DNA of 49,021 bases from positions 1-49,021 of the forward strand of contig NW_021834384.1 of assembly GCF_006345805.1 (NCBI RefSeq), read 5' to 3'. The stretch comes from Octopus sinensis. Lineage: Eukaryota. The position numbers were made by a program, and so were the translations under genes. This document shows positions 23,873 to 36,543 of the stretch, one piece after another. The notes under the pieces are model-generated. The model was given only the letters and a program-made list of their open reading frames with translations, did not search any database and was not told the DNA's origin. Each line of letters begins with the position of its first letter. Position 1 is the stretch's first letter.

Positions 23873-24140
23873 GTATGTATGTATATATGTGTGTATGTAT
23901 GTATGTATGTATGTATGTATGTATGTATGTATGTATGTATGTATGTATGTATGTATGTATGTATGTATGAATGTACGTATTTGTGTATGTATGTATGTAT
24001 GTATGTATGTATGTATGTTTATGTATGTATGTATGTATTTATGTGTGTATGTGCATGTGTATATATGTGTATGTATGTTTGTATGTATGTATGTATGTGT
24101 GTATGTATGTATGTGCGTGTGTATGTATGTATGCATACAC
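23873..24140. repeat. (TATG)n microsatellite
   Basis: Direct inspection. Confidence 0.95.
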
Positions 24141-24655
24141 ACCCACCCATACACACTAGTATAGAGAAATGTTATCGTTATAAGGATGATCAATATCATG
24201 ATCTCCATCCTCCTCTACCTCCTCCTCCTTATCATCATCATCACTATTACCGTCATCATCACATCCACTACAATTCATAGAAGAAACAGCAATGCGAAAC
24301 CAAACATCCGGGGCTTTAACAAACGAACCGAAGACAGCAATAACAGCTTAACAGCCAGCAATAGCACATTACCTCTCAAATTGGGCGGAACTGTCCCATG
24401 GGGGGAAGGGTTTGTCTCGGTCCTGGTAGCAGAGAGAATCTGATATGATAAACTGTTTGTTGGCCATAACAACGAGAATAGCAAAAACAATGATGGCATC
24501 AGGTTATTGACAGACTTCGAAATGTGAATAAGTAATTATACAAAGCCGAATATATATTACCTATGCAGGTAAATTATAAACGATAACAAGATTTAATTTA
24601 AATGGTATTTAAAAAATTTGCAGTTATTTTCATACATGCAATAAAGGTAGTCACT

Positions 24656-25054
24656 GTGGAGGCGCAATGGCCCAGTGGTTAGGGCAGCGGACTCGCGGTC
24701 GTAGGATCGCGGTTTCGATTCCCAGACCGGGCGTTGTGAGTGTTTATTGAGCGAAAACACCTAAAGCTCCACGAGGCTCTGGCAGGGGATGGTGGTGATC
24801 CCTGCTGTACTCTTTCACCACAACTTTCTCTCACTCTTACTTCCCGTTTCTGTTGTACCTGTATTTTCAAAGAGCCGGCCTTGTCACTCTCTGTGTCACG
24901 CTGAATATCCCCGAGAACTACGTTAAGGGTACACGTGTCTGTGGAGTGCTCAGCCACTTACACGTTAATTTCACGAGCAGGCTGTTCCTTTGATCGGATC
25001 AACCGGAACCCTCATCGTCGTAACCGACGGAGTGCTTCCAAAAAAAAAAAAAAA
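24656..25054 (+). mobile_element. tRNA-derived SINE family B, full length with poly(A)
   Basis: GGAGGCGCAATGGCCCAGTGGTTAGG A-box, GGTTTCGATTCCC B-box; poly(A) at 25040-25054. Confidence 0.92.
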
Positions 25055-25102
25055 CGTTAGACAGAACTCTGACTTATTTGTGACTATATATGCATGATAC
25101 CC

Positions 25103-25609
25103 TGGTCTATACTGAATTTTCTTTCTCAGTGATGTTTTTTTTACTTCTTTTCACCTTCATATTTTCATTTACCATTTGGGAATTTTCAACTGTAATTAAT
25201 ATTTCTTCATCACATGATGAAGGTGTGGTACCACATGTAGGTACTGTTAGGTGTTTGCTCTTTTATTTGTGGTACTTTACCTAAAGACAAGTTTGGATGG
25301 TGGGGCTCTGGAAACTGAGGTTTCTCATTCCTTTTGTTGTTGTTACTCTTTTACTCTCTTTTTACTCTTTTACTTGTTTCAGTCATTTGACTGCGGCCAT
25401 GCTGGAGCACCGCCTTTAAGTCGAGCAACTCGATCACGAGACTTATTCTTTTGTAAGCCCAGTACTTATTCTATCGGTCTCTTTTGCTGAACTGCTAAGT
25501 AACGGGGACATAAACACACAAACATCGGTTGTCAAGCGATGCTAGGGGGACAAACACAGACACAAAAACACACACACGCATATATATATATATATACATA
25601 TATACATAT
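25103..25609 (-). repeat. Inverted duplicate of 14071-14574 (SINE A 3' half plus ~240 bp flank)
   Basis: Reverse-complement match includes non-SINE flank and shared diagnostic variants (AATAAGTCTCGTG, GACTTAAAGGCGG). Confidence 0.9.
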
Positions 25610-26159
25610 TCTAGCTATGAATGTCAACTGATAATCTCACAGTCTATCGGTTCTGTCTATCGTGTAAAAAGACCGATGTAAGCCTGTACAAAGAAGCCAA
25701 AACTTGTTTGTGTGTGTATTTGTGTGGCCAAATAGAAAATGCACCTAAAAATCTAAATATAGAAATAAGTTGCGTAGCTATGGGGATATATATGAGACAC
25801 ATGTATAAGAAAAATCGTGCCTGATTTTGGCCAAAGTTACGTGCCAAAAGTTGGCTCAACAACTAAAGTTAAGCGGTGATACGTCAGATAATCACCTGCG
25901 TCAAATTAGTACCCGGAACTAAATTACTGTGACCTGGTATTTCGTGAATGTACTTTTAGAGGAAGGCATTGGATCATAGCATGGGTGGCGTTGAAAAGGT
26001 GTTTGTAAAAGAAAAGGGGTGTTATGAAAAAATAAAATAATAAAATAAAAGTTTGAGAAGCTCAAAGACTAAAGAATACCAACGATGGCAGAAAAAAAAA
26101 AACAAACTGACGCAACAACGATTATAATAAGGACAGGAACCACGGCACCAACGCCACCA

Positions 26160-26738
26160 TTACCAACAAACACCTCCAAGAACAACAACAACAACAACAA
26201 CAACAATGAGGCAATGACTAGAGCAAGAGTGAAAACTAATAACAAGAAGAACGGCAACATTTGTAGCAATTAGCAAGAACAATAGGAAGAGCTGTAAACA
26301 TTAGCAACGGAATTGGTAACAGCAACAAGAGCGATAGCAACACTATTGAATAACAACATTAGCAACAACAGCAGTGGTGGTAGTAAAAGTAGTTACAGTA
26401 GCTTTAGTAGTAGTAGTAGCAGTAGTATTAGAGTGGTTGTAGGAGGATTGTTATTATTATTATTATTATTATTAATGTTGTTGTTGTCGTTATTGTTGTT
26501 GTTGTTGCTATTATTGTTGTTGTTGTTGTTGTTATTATTATTATTGTTGTTGTTCTTGTGGTTGTTGTTGTTGTTCTTCTTATTTTTATTTTTATTATTA
26601 TTATTGTTGTTGTTGTTGTTATTATTGTTGTTGTTGTTATTATTATTATTGTTGTTGCTATTATTGTTGTTGTTGCTATTATTATTATTGTTGTTGTTGT
26701 TGTTGTTATTATTATTATTGTTGTTGTTCTTGTGGTTG

Positions 26739-26772
<34 letters not shown>

Positions 26773-26905
26773 CGTGTTTACTCGATTTTTCTGTTAAACC
26801 CCGCGTATCCCCAGTTTCGTATCGTGCCTATTTGTTTTGTGTGCGGCCCTTGTGGCCAATAAAGAAACGATTCTTCTTCTTCTTCTTCTTCTTCTTCTTC
26901 TTCTT

Positions 26906-26936
<31 letters not shown>

Positions 26937-26992
26937 GTAATAGTAGCAGTTGCAGAAGCAGTAGTTTTAGTAATAATAGCAGTAGAGGCATC

Positions 26993-27037
<45 letters not shown>

Positions 27038-27050
27038 TGTAGTAGTAGTA
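26160..27050. repeat. (AAC)/(TTG)/(TTA)/(TTC)/(TAG) trinucleotide tracts
   Basis: Direct inspection. Confidence 0.9.
26772..26868 (+). mobile_element. Very short Tx1-like LINE 3' end followed by (TTC)n
   Basis: CGGCCCTTGTGGCCAATAAAGAAAC matches the 3' ends of the Tx1 elements at 30139 and 47985. Confidence 0.6.
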
Positions 27051-27626
27051 ACAAAGCGTAGGAGCGAGTTTATTAAAAGAAGCTGGGTGGAAGTAACAGT
27101 AATAGTAACGGAAGAAAGTAGAAAAAAAGAAAAAAAAAAGAAAAAGATTGAAGTAAAGAAAAAAGAAGAAAAGGACAGGAAAAAGGAGAATACGAAGAAA
27201 AGAAAACCAGAGTCAAGAAAGCGAGGAAAAACGAAAAATTAAAAAAAAAAATAATAATAATAAATAAGACAAACTGGTATGTATGCTAGAGTAGTGATGG
27301 AAGGTAGACGAGGCACGGCAGCAGGTATTATTATGAGTTTGGGTTTGATCAAGATAGTTTTGACAATCAGAATTGCTGGCAGAATGACGTCTCGCTAGAT
27401 TGTAAAGAGATAAAGCTCTGGAAGAAACACGTTCGGTGATAAAAGGATCAGGTGTGTCGAAAGCGACAGTGTGAAAACTCATTGACTTAGCTGCTGCTGC
27501 TGCTGTCTTTCCCCCCACCCCCCGCTCATCGTTCCTTCTTTTACTCACTGGAGGACCGCTGCTAAATCGAGAAATTGGTGTCAACAGACACTGGGAAATT
27601 CTCGTGTGTTTGTTGAAGAAGTTGCA

Positions 27627-27628
<2 letters not shown>

Positions 27629-27670
<42 letters not shown>

Positions 27671-28014
27671 ATATATATATATATATGCTACATACATACA
27701 TACATACATACGTACGTACATACGTACATACATGCATATATATATATATATATATATATACGTATATATATATGTACACATATATAGATATATGTATATA
27801 TACATATATATATACAGATACATATATATATGTACGTATATATATGTATACACATATATATATATACATACATACATACACACACATATGAATATATATA
27901 TATAAAATATATACTTATATATATGTATGTATGTAAGTGTGTGTATGTATGTATATATATGTAGGTATGCACATATATATATATATATATATATAGATAG
28001 ACATAGATAGATAG

Positions 28015-28055
<41 letters not shown>

Positions 28056-28614
28056 TATATATAATATATATATATGTATGTATACATACATGAGTTTCTG
28101 CATCGGACAAATCGTTTTTCACAATAGTAAATATGTACGCGACCGGGGAAGGGTGAAGGTGCGCATGCGTGTGTGTGTCTATAAGTAAAAATATATAACT
28201 GTAACACGCCAGGTAGTGAAAACCTAACATAAATAAGCACATACACATTTCTGTGTAGTACATACATGCAAATGTATATATATATATGTATGTGTATGTT
28301 TATGTAGGTATGTATGTGTGTGCATGCATGTGAGTGTGTGTGCGTGTGTGTGTGTATGTGTGTGTATGTAATGTGTGTAACAGCATGGGGTGAGAGAGCC
28401 AGGAACACACGGGAGAGATGGAGATTAGAAGAGTTGGAGATTAAGATTAGAAGGTGATAAGAACAGATAACTGCAACTGAACACTAGAGAACTCTAACTC
28501 TGTGTGTGTGTGGTGTGTGTGTGTGTATGTGTGTGTGTATGTGTGTGTGTGTTGGTATGTTTATGTATATATGTATATTTATATATAAATGTACATACTG
28601 ATATGTGTTGTATA

Positions 28615-28652
<38 letters not shown>

Positions 28653-28985
28653 TATATATATGAATGTATACACACATACATAATATTTGCATACCTACAT
28701 ATATGTACATACATACACACACAAACATATATATATATAAACGTACATTTATATAATATAAATACATATATTTATGTATATACATATATGCACACATATG
28801 TATGTGTACATATATATATATACTTTATTTATATATATATATATATATATACACATATATATATATATATGTATACACATGTAAATATATATATATGTAC
28901 ACATGTATATATATATGTATACACATGTATGTATATATATATATATATATGTATATATATGTGTGTGTATATGCATATGTATATG

Positions 28986-29077
<92 letters not shown>

Positions 29078-29120
29078 CACACACAATATATGTATATATA
29101 TATATGTATGTATATGTATA
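27629..29120. repeat. Extended (TA)n/(CA)n/(TG)n microsatellite region with short unique spacers
   Basis: Direct inspection. Confidence 0.85.
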
Positions 29121-29416
29121 AAGCAGTATGAACTCAGTGAGACTGGGAGATACAGATAAGGAGATGATGGAGGGGAGAAGGGATGTTGTTGATTTCTTCA
29201 AATATTCAGGCATTTTCCATGGAACTACCTACAGGAAGTTTTACATTCTTAGAAAGTCTAATGGTTGAATTGTTTAAAGCGAAGACGATAGAAATGGAAA
29301 GAATTATAAAGTACTCGATGTTATATTTAAAATGGCTGCTAGGAACGTTAACGAACGCGCGAGGTATATTCTAAATATAGCCGTTGGTTATTGAGATATA
29401 AGAACGAGACGAGAAC

Positions 29417-29473
<57 letters not shown>

Positions 29474-29474
29474 T

Positions 29475-29548
<74 letters not shown>

Positions 29549-29569
29549 AAAATAATAATAATAATAATT

Positions 29570-30113
29570 GTACCAGGCAGTGGCTCTCGTGGCTTCTGAT
29601 CTTAACTGATTGGAAGTGTTATCATGTACATTGTTTTGTCTTGGTATAAAAAAGATGGGCTACAGCAAATATTCTGCTCAATTCCACAGATCTGCTTGTC
29701 AGTTGTTTGACCATAACCAGTTGAGCATGTCCCTTAGTGGCTGACGATTTGTGCGTCTTTGATCACGAGCAGAAGTAGTGGGAGAGCATCATAGCCATGT
29801 GTTGAGAGGGATTCTTTGGGTTAGAATAATTCATCTCTGGAAACAGGGGTGTTTCGTTCAACATCTTTAAACAACTCTTATTCAGGGACATTTTGAGCGG
29901 GATGGGTTACTCGACCAGAAGAAAATTGTAACTGGGCCCTACCTGCAAGGTCATGTGCTGTTTATCTTGATATGAGATCACCATGTCGCGCACATATGGT
30001 TGTGATGCATGTGCCTAGTGTACCCTTATCAGACGGGTAGTCATGGTGGGTACACTGGGCTTCGTATATTTTACCCCAGTGTCACTTTGATGGCATGAAC
30101 TGCTCTCTCACTC
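29570..30113 (+). mobile_element. Element E, near full length, flanked by (AAT)n on both sides
   Basis: Five copies or fragments in the window; no ORF and no A/B boxes recognised. Confidence 0.88.
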
Positions 30114-30138
30114 AATAATAATAATAATAATAATAACA

Positions 30139-31210
30139 ATTCTTTCATTTATTGGCCACCAGGGCCGACATATAGGGCACAATACAGTACACGTGGACAG
30201 TGGGTTTTTTACACAAAACAGCGAGTACACAAACCAATTACAATAATATCAAACAAGAACAATATAACAATGAAAGTTCCCCAGTAGGGGGTAGCCACCT
30301 GGGGTGGATTCAGGTACTCCACCAATCCTGAACCACTCGACGCTTCGAGGGTACCCGGGAAGTGCACCCTTCTCCTTCTCAAATTCACAAACCTACAGGC
30401 GCATTATTAGAGTAGGTCCACCCACACGGGCTATTTTCACTACATTCACCCACCATTTAGTAAACGTATTGGGGGACAATGCTTCAGTCTCCACCCTCAT
30501 CTTTCTTTCCGAGTGAAATTTGAAAAAGTTGATAAGAGATTGGCCGAAGGGAAAAGTGTCTGTCTTCAGTTCTTTCAACCTGGTCTACCATACAACCTCT
30601 TTCGCTACTGCTATCAGACAGAGGAAAATTGCCTGCCCTTCCGGACCAATGGAAGACGGAGGATCGATCTTCACTACGAACTCGGCCGATAGCTGGATCC
30701 ATCCTGCTCGTGATAACAGCTATTCAACGTAACTCCAAAAGTTAGTTGGGCACGGACACTGGACAAGTGCGTGCAGAACGTTTTCATCGCTCAAGGCGCA
30801 TTTCGGGCAGGTCCGTCGGACAGCATTTCCGTGCATGTAGAGTTTATCTGGAACTGGCAGTGCCCCCACGGTAGCAGTCCCAAGCTAGTGATTGCTGGAA
30901 GTTATCCATCGTCGAAAGTCTTCCAGAACAGACTGGTCAGTTCGACTTCGTCGACGCCTAGTGCCTCTCCAAGTGCCTCATCGCTCTTTCTCTCCTCTAA
31001 TCCTCTATAGAACTTAAGATCGCATTGCCCGACTGGTAGAGGGCAGTGAGTGCCTGGCAACATTCCAGATGCCAGTGACCCTGTCACGGTATCTTTTTGA
31101 ACCAAGAATGAAGCTCAGTTAGGGAGACGAGCTGGGGGAAAGGGCGACAACACCTGTTCACCGTTTAGGTAGAATATCTGGAGATGCCGAATCAAACAGG
31201 CACGAAGGGT
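30139..31210 (-). mobile_element. L1/Tx1-clade LINE ORF2 C-terminus and 3' UTR (decayed)
   Basis: GALPVPDKLYMHG...TCPKCALSDENVLHALVQCP...FW (zinc-binding region of L1/Tx1 ORF2), then LINFFKFHSERKMRVE...WWVNVVKIARV; 3' end CCAATAAATGAAAGAATT abuts (TTA)n. Confidence 0.8.
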
Positions 31211-31331
31211 CGATAAGTAAACTACAACCCTTTTCCTTATCTATAATTGTTATGTCTGGTCTATCATTTTCTAACTTCTTGTCCCACAAAATCTTACATT
31301 TCTAAGGCTCTAGTACTGTTTCGGCTCACTT

Positions 31332-31398
31332 GGTGAAGGTCAAGCAATTAACAAGCAAATCTGTAGTATTGAGCAGAATATTTGCTGCAGCCCATCTT

Positions 31399-31400
<2 letters not shown>
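31332..31400 (-). mobile_element. Element E internal fragment abutting (AAT)n
   Basis: Matches AAAGATGGGCTACAGCAAATATTCTGCTCAA...GACC. Confidence 0.75.
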
Positions 31401-31469
<69 letters not shown>

Positions 31470-31580
31470 GTTATTGTTGTTGTTGTTGTTGTTGTTGCTG
31501 TTGTTATTGTTGTTGTTGTTGTTGTTGTTGTTGCTGTTGTTGTTGTTGTTATCATCATTATTATTATTATTATTATAATT

Positions 31581-32137
31581 GAGTGAGAGAGCAGTGCATA
31601 CCAGCAAAGTGACACTGGGGTAAAATATACGATGCCCAGTATACCCATCAGGACTACCCGTCTGATAAGGGTACACCAGGCGCATGCATCACAACCGTAT
31701 GTGCACGACATGGTGATCTCATATCAAGATAAACAGCAAATGACCTTGCAGGTGGGGCCCAGTTACAATTTTCTTCTGGTCGAGTAGACCATCCCATTCA
31801 AAAGGTCTCTGAATAAGGGTTGTTTAAGGATGTTGAACGAACCTCCCATGTTTCCAGAGGGGAATTATCCAAACTTCCAAGAATCCCTCTCAACACATGG
31901 CTATGATGCTCCCCCACTACTTCTACTCGTGATCAGAGATGCACATATCGTCAGCCACTAAGGGACATGCTCAACTGGTTATGGTCAAACAACTGACAAG
32001 CAAGTCTGTGGTATTGAGCAGAATATTTGCTGTAGCCCATCTTTTATACCAAGACAAAACAATGTACATGATAACACTTCCAATCAATTAAGATCAGAAG
32101 CCATGAGAGCCACTGTCTGGTACTGCATCAGGGCATT
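31581..32137 (-). mobile_element. Element E, full length, flanked by (AAT)n
   Basis: Reverse complement of 29570-30113 plus the 5' terminus AATGCCCTGATGCA. Confidence 0.9.
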
Positions 32138-32142
32138 TATCG

Positions 32143-32305
<163 letters not shown>

Positions 32306-32849
32306 CATTGCTGTTGTTGTGTTATTGTTGTTGTTGGTAGTGGTGTTGTTGTTGCTTCGAGCAAGTCGATCGTCCTCGTTCCCTTTCAAGTTTTTGTGTG
32401 GATGTAGAGTCGCTGACCTTTATTAGCCGGGGTCTTCCAGGAGCCCTGATCCAATCTCTGTTGTTACACCCGTCCCAATTCTTTCCCTTTCGTAACTTCA
32501 TTTGATTATTTATATCTATTTATATCTTTTATTATTTTTTTGCATTCGTTTCCATACAATCGATATCTTCATATAATCGATATAATTTTTGTAAATCGAT
32601 ATTTCCACATAATCGATATTTTTACAAAACGTTTTGTCATTTTTATTTCTCTTTTGACACGTCCTCTTTCGATGTTATTACCGCGTACAAAGAATGCATT
32701 AACATGTTCGCCCGCCTCCTCTCCTCCATCGCAATCATCATCATCATCATCGCATCGTAGTCGTCGTTGTCATCATCATCGTCATCATCATCATCATTAA
32801 CTCGTCGTCGTCGTTGTGTTAGTAATTCCTTCTGCTATAGTCACAATTT

Positions 32850-33026
32850 TTAGGGGCTGGAGTCTAGTCGATTACATCGTTATTTGTGTTCAAGCAGTAC
32901 TTATTTTATCGATCCCCATGAAAGGATGAAAGGCAAAGTCGACCTCGGCAGAATTTGAACTCAGACGGACGAAATGCCGCTAAACATTTTGCCCGACGTG
33001 CTAACGATACAGCCATGTCGCCGCCT
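32850..33026 (-). mobile_element. SINE family C, diverged
   Basis: GAAAGGATGAAAGGCAAAGTCGACCTCGGCAGAATTTGAACTCAGA core and head. Confidence 0.8.
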
Positions 33027-33036
33027 ATAATGATAT

Positions 33037-33093
<57 letters not shown>

Positions 33094-33122
33094 AACCACA
33101 CCTCCTCCTCCCCTACTACTAC

Positions 33123-33176
<54 letters not shown>

Positions 33177-33203
33177 TATTGATAATAATAATAATAATAA
33201 TAG

Positions 33204-33274
<71 letters not shown>

Positions 33275-33924
33275 TAATAATAATAACAATAATAATAATA
33301 ATAATAGAAAATATTGTTAGTGTTTTTGTTATTATCACTACCATTGTTATTGTTATGGACAGATGATTGAAATTCTAGATAACGGTAGGATGACGTCTGT
33401 GAGAAGTGTAACATATAATTCAGGGTGGACAGTTTGTGGGGTGGTGGAGTGGGGGGAGGGGCGGAGATGCGTGTATTATTTAGGCCGCTGATAAAGCTCA
33501 AGTGTCAATGCTTTTAATGATGTGGGTGCCATTAGAAATGTATGGCTATTTTATTTGTGTATGTGCGGAGATGATGCCTGTCTGTGCAGGTGGTTGTTTG
33601 TGTGTGTGTGTGTGTGTAGATGTGTGTATGTGTGTGTGCTTGTGGAGATGTCTCTACGTGTCTATGTATATGGAGCTGTTTGTGTGTGTGTGTGTGTGTG
33701 TCTATATGTATGCGTGTGTGTGTGTGTGTGTGTGGAGATCTCTGTCAGTGAGTGGATGGTTGTGTGTGTGAGTGTTTGTGTGGAGATGAGTGGCTTGTGT
33801 CTGTCACTGTTTGTGTAGGTATGTGTCTGTGTATACGTGTGTATTATGTGTATTTGTAAATGTGTCTGCGTAAATGTGTATACGTAATTTGTATTGTAGA
33901 AATGTATTGTGTTCATATATATTA

Positions 33925-33928
33925 CGTG

Positions 33929-33962
<34 letters not shown>

Positions 33963-34555
33963 TGTATGTATGTATGTATGTATGTATGTATGTATGTATC
34001 TATGTATGTATGTATGTATGTATGTATGAATGTATGGATGTATGTATGTATGTATGAATGTATGTATGCATGTATATATGTATGTATGTGTGTGTGTATG
34101 TATGATGTATGTATGTATGTATGTATGTATGTGTGTATGTATGTATGAATGTATTTATGTATGTATGTATGTGTATGTATGTATGTATGTATGTATTTAT
34201 GTATGTATGTGTGTATGTATGTATGTATGTATGTATGTACGTATGTATGTATGTATGTGTGTGTGTGTATGTATATATGTATGTACGTACGTATGTATGT
34301 ATGTATGTATGTGTGTATGTCATTATTCAGTTTATTTCAAGATTTCTTGCCAATAGAGAAAGAACCGGTTTCTAACCTAGATTCAAGGCTCCTTCACTGG
34401 AATTTCAACATCAACAGCAGGGTATTTTGTATGTATGTATGTATGTATGTATGTATGTATGTATGTATGCATGCATGCATGTATGTATGCATGCATGTAT
34501 GTATGCATGTATGTATGTATGTATGTATGTATGTATGTATGTATGTATGTATGTA
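33925..34555. repeat. (TATG)n microsatellite with a 100-bp insert at ~34323-34427
   Basis: Direct inspection. Confidence 0.9.
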
Positions 34556-34556
34556 G

Positions 34557-34975
34557 ATATTATGTATATACGTGTGTGAATATTTGTATGCTTTATATAT
34601 GTATTCTCATGCATACAGTTGCATATCTAGACATGCTCATATATATGTTAATGATAAACTTCTGGAAAGTTTTACAGATTTTTACCGTTCCAGTGATGGA
34701 TTGGATCTGTAGTCTTTGAATTAGCTATCTTCTCTCTGGTTTTGAGATGCCTAATTTCTCAACATTGGTATTTAGGCAGCGTGCTACATATCCCAGGGCT
34801 CCAATAGTTACAGGCATAGACTTGGACTTGTAATCTGGATAGAGTAACTGCAGATTTCTCAATAGTTCAGCATAGGTGTTCTCTTTTGCACTCACCTTCA
34901 GCTTTACGTTAACATCTGCTGATTTCCACAATTGTACACTGTTTCTCTTATCTATCCCAAATCATTATATCCGGT
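34557..34975 (-). mobile_element. RLE-type non-LTR retrotransposon 3' fragment in (TATG)n
   Basis: IWDR*EKQCTIVEI, then DVNVKLKVSAKENTYAELLRNLQLLYPDY...PVTIGALGYV, the pattern of RLE C-termini. Confidence 0.6.
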
Positions 34976-35505
34976 GTATGTATGTTTGTATGTATTTATT
35001 AATGTGTGTGTATGTATGTGTGTATGTATTTGTGTGTACATATGTATGTGTGTGTATGTAGGGATGGGTGTATGCGTGTTTGTATATTTGTGTGTATGTC
35101 TGTATGCATGTGTGCATGTGTAAGACTACGAATGTATTTGAGTAAGTTTATGACCAAAGATGGTCCGGCTGTAACCATCCCATAATATGTATTGTGTGAA
35201 ATGCAGCATTTTTTATATCTGTGCATATGCATGAAAACGTAATTATTGTATGTATATATATATGAAGGGCTGTCCTGTGGAGGACTCTTCATAGGGCCCT
35301 GGGCCAATGAGTACATATGTACTCATGCATTGGGTACATATTAAATTTTATTAAACTTGAACAATATTTTTCAAGCAAAGAACAATTTTCGTCAAAGCAA
35401 TGATATAATATGTCAACTTGGAACTTATTGCAAAGCTACATGATAAACAATATTTTTTTCTTCCCATTCCGGGGTCAGTACAATTTTTTTTCTGTCTAAA
35501 CTCTT

Positions 35506-35542
<37 letters not shown>

Positions 35543-35957
35543 GTTGATTACTTTCAATCATCACCACCACCAGTACCACCATCACCACCACCGGTGCCAT
35601 ACACACATCATTCAGACTTCTGACGTTACCACCATCAATTCATTTGACTTCGCTGCCTTCCCCTCCATCACCATCACCACTGTCTTTCATATCGCTTACT
35701 ATCACCGTAATCCCTGACCACCTCGGCTACCCCCCACCACCATCACCGTCGCCTCTGCCTCTATCACAACTACAGCTCATACTATTACTATCAACCCATT
35801 ACCATCATAACCGACAATCTACTACCGCCATCACAATATCTATGTCTACTGTTACTCTCACCCCTGCAGGAGGAATAGTAGAAGTGTCATTGAATAGTGA
35901 GAAAAGGAGTCAAACTGGAACACAATGACACACAAAAATTCGTTTTGACATTACATA

Positions 35958-36105
35958 TATATATATATTCTTTTCTACTCTAGGCTCAAGGCCCGAAATT
36001 TTTGGGGAGGGAGCCAGTCGATTAGATCGACTCCAGTACGCAACTGGTACTTACTTTATCGACACCGAAAGGATGAAAGGCAAAGTCGACCTCGGCAGAA
36101 TCAGT
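35958..36105 (-). mobile_element. SINE C2, head missing
   Basis: C core with tail TTTCGGGCCTTGAGCCTAGAGTAGAAAAAGAAT. Confidence 0.85.
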
Positions 36106-36182
36106 ATTTCGGTATTTTAAATATTGATCTTATCTTTATTTATATAAATATGTGTGTGTGTTTGTTTGTTTGTGTGTGTATA

Positions 36183-36226
<44 letters not shown>

Positions 36227-36235
36227 TAGATAGAT

Positions 36236-36270
<35 letters not shown>

Positions 36271-36273
<3 letters not shown>

Positions 36274-36497
36274 TTCTTTACTACCCACAAGGGGCTAAAT
36301 ATAGAGGGGACAAACAAGGACAGACAAATGGATTAAGTCGATTACATCGACCCCAATACGAAACTGGTACTTTATTTATCGACCCCGAAAGGATGAAAGG
36401 CAAAGTCTACCTCGGCGGAATTTGAACTCAGAACGTAACGTCAGACGAAATACCGCTAAGCATTTTGCCCGGGGCGCTAACGTTCTGCCAGCTTGCC
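36271..36497 (-). mobile_element. SINE C1, full length, tail joined to (TA)n
   Basis: Full match to family C1. Confidence 0.9.
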
Positions 36498-36533
<36 letters not shown>

Positions 36534-36543
36534 AACATGTAGA

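Noticed and set aside
29745-29800. CUGACGA in element E as a hammerhead core
   Set aside because: It is followed by GAAG rather than GAAA, and stem II does not start at the required position.
33435-33470. G-rich run as a G-quadruplex element
   Set aside because: Short, irregular and adjacent to low-complexity repeats, with no supporting context.
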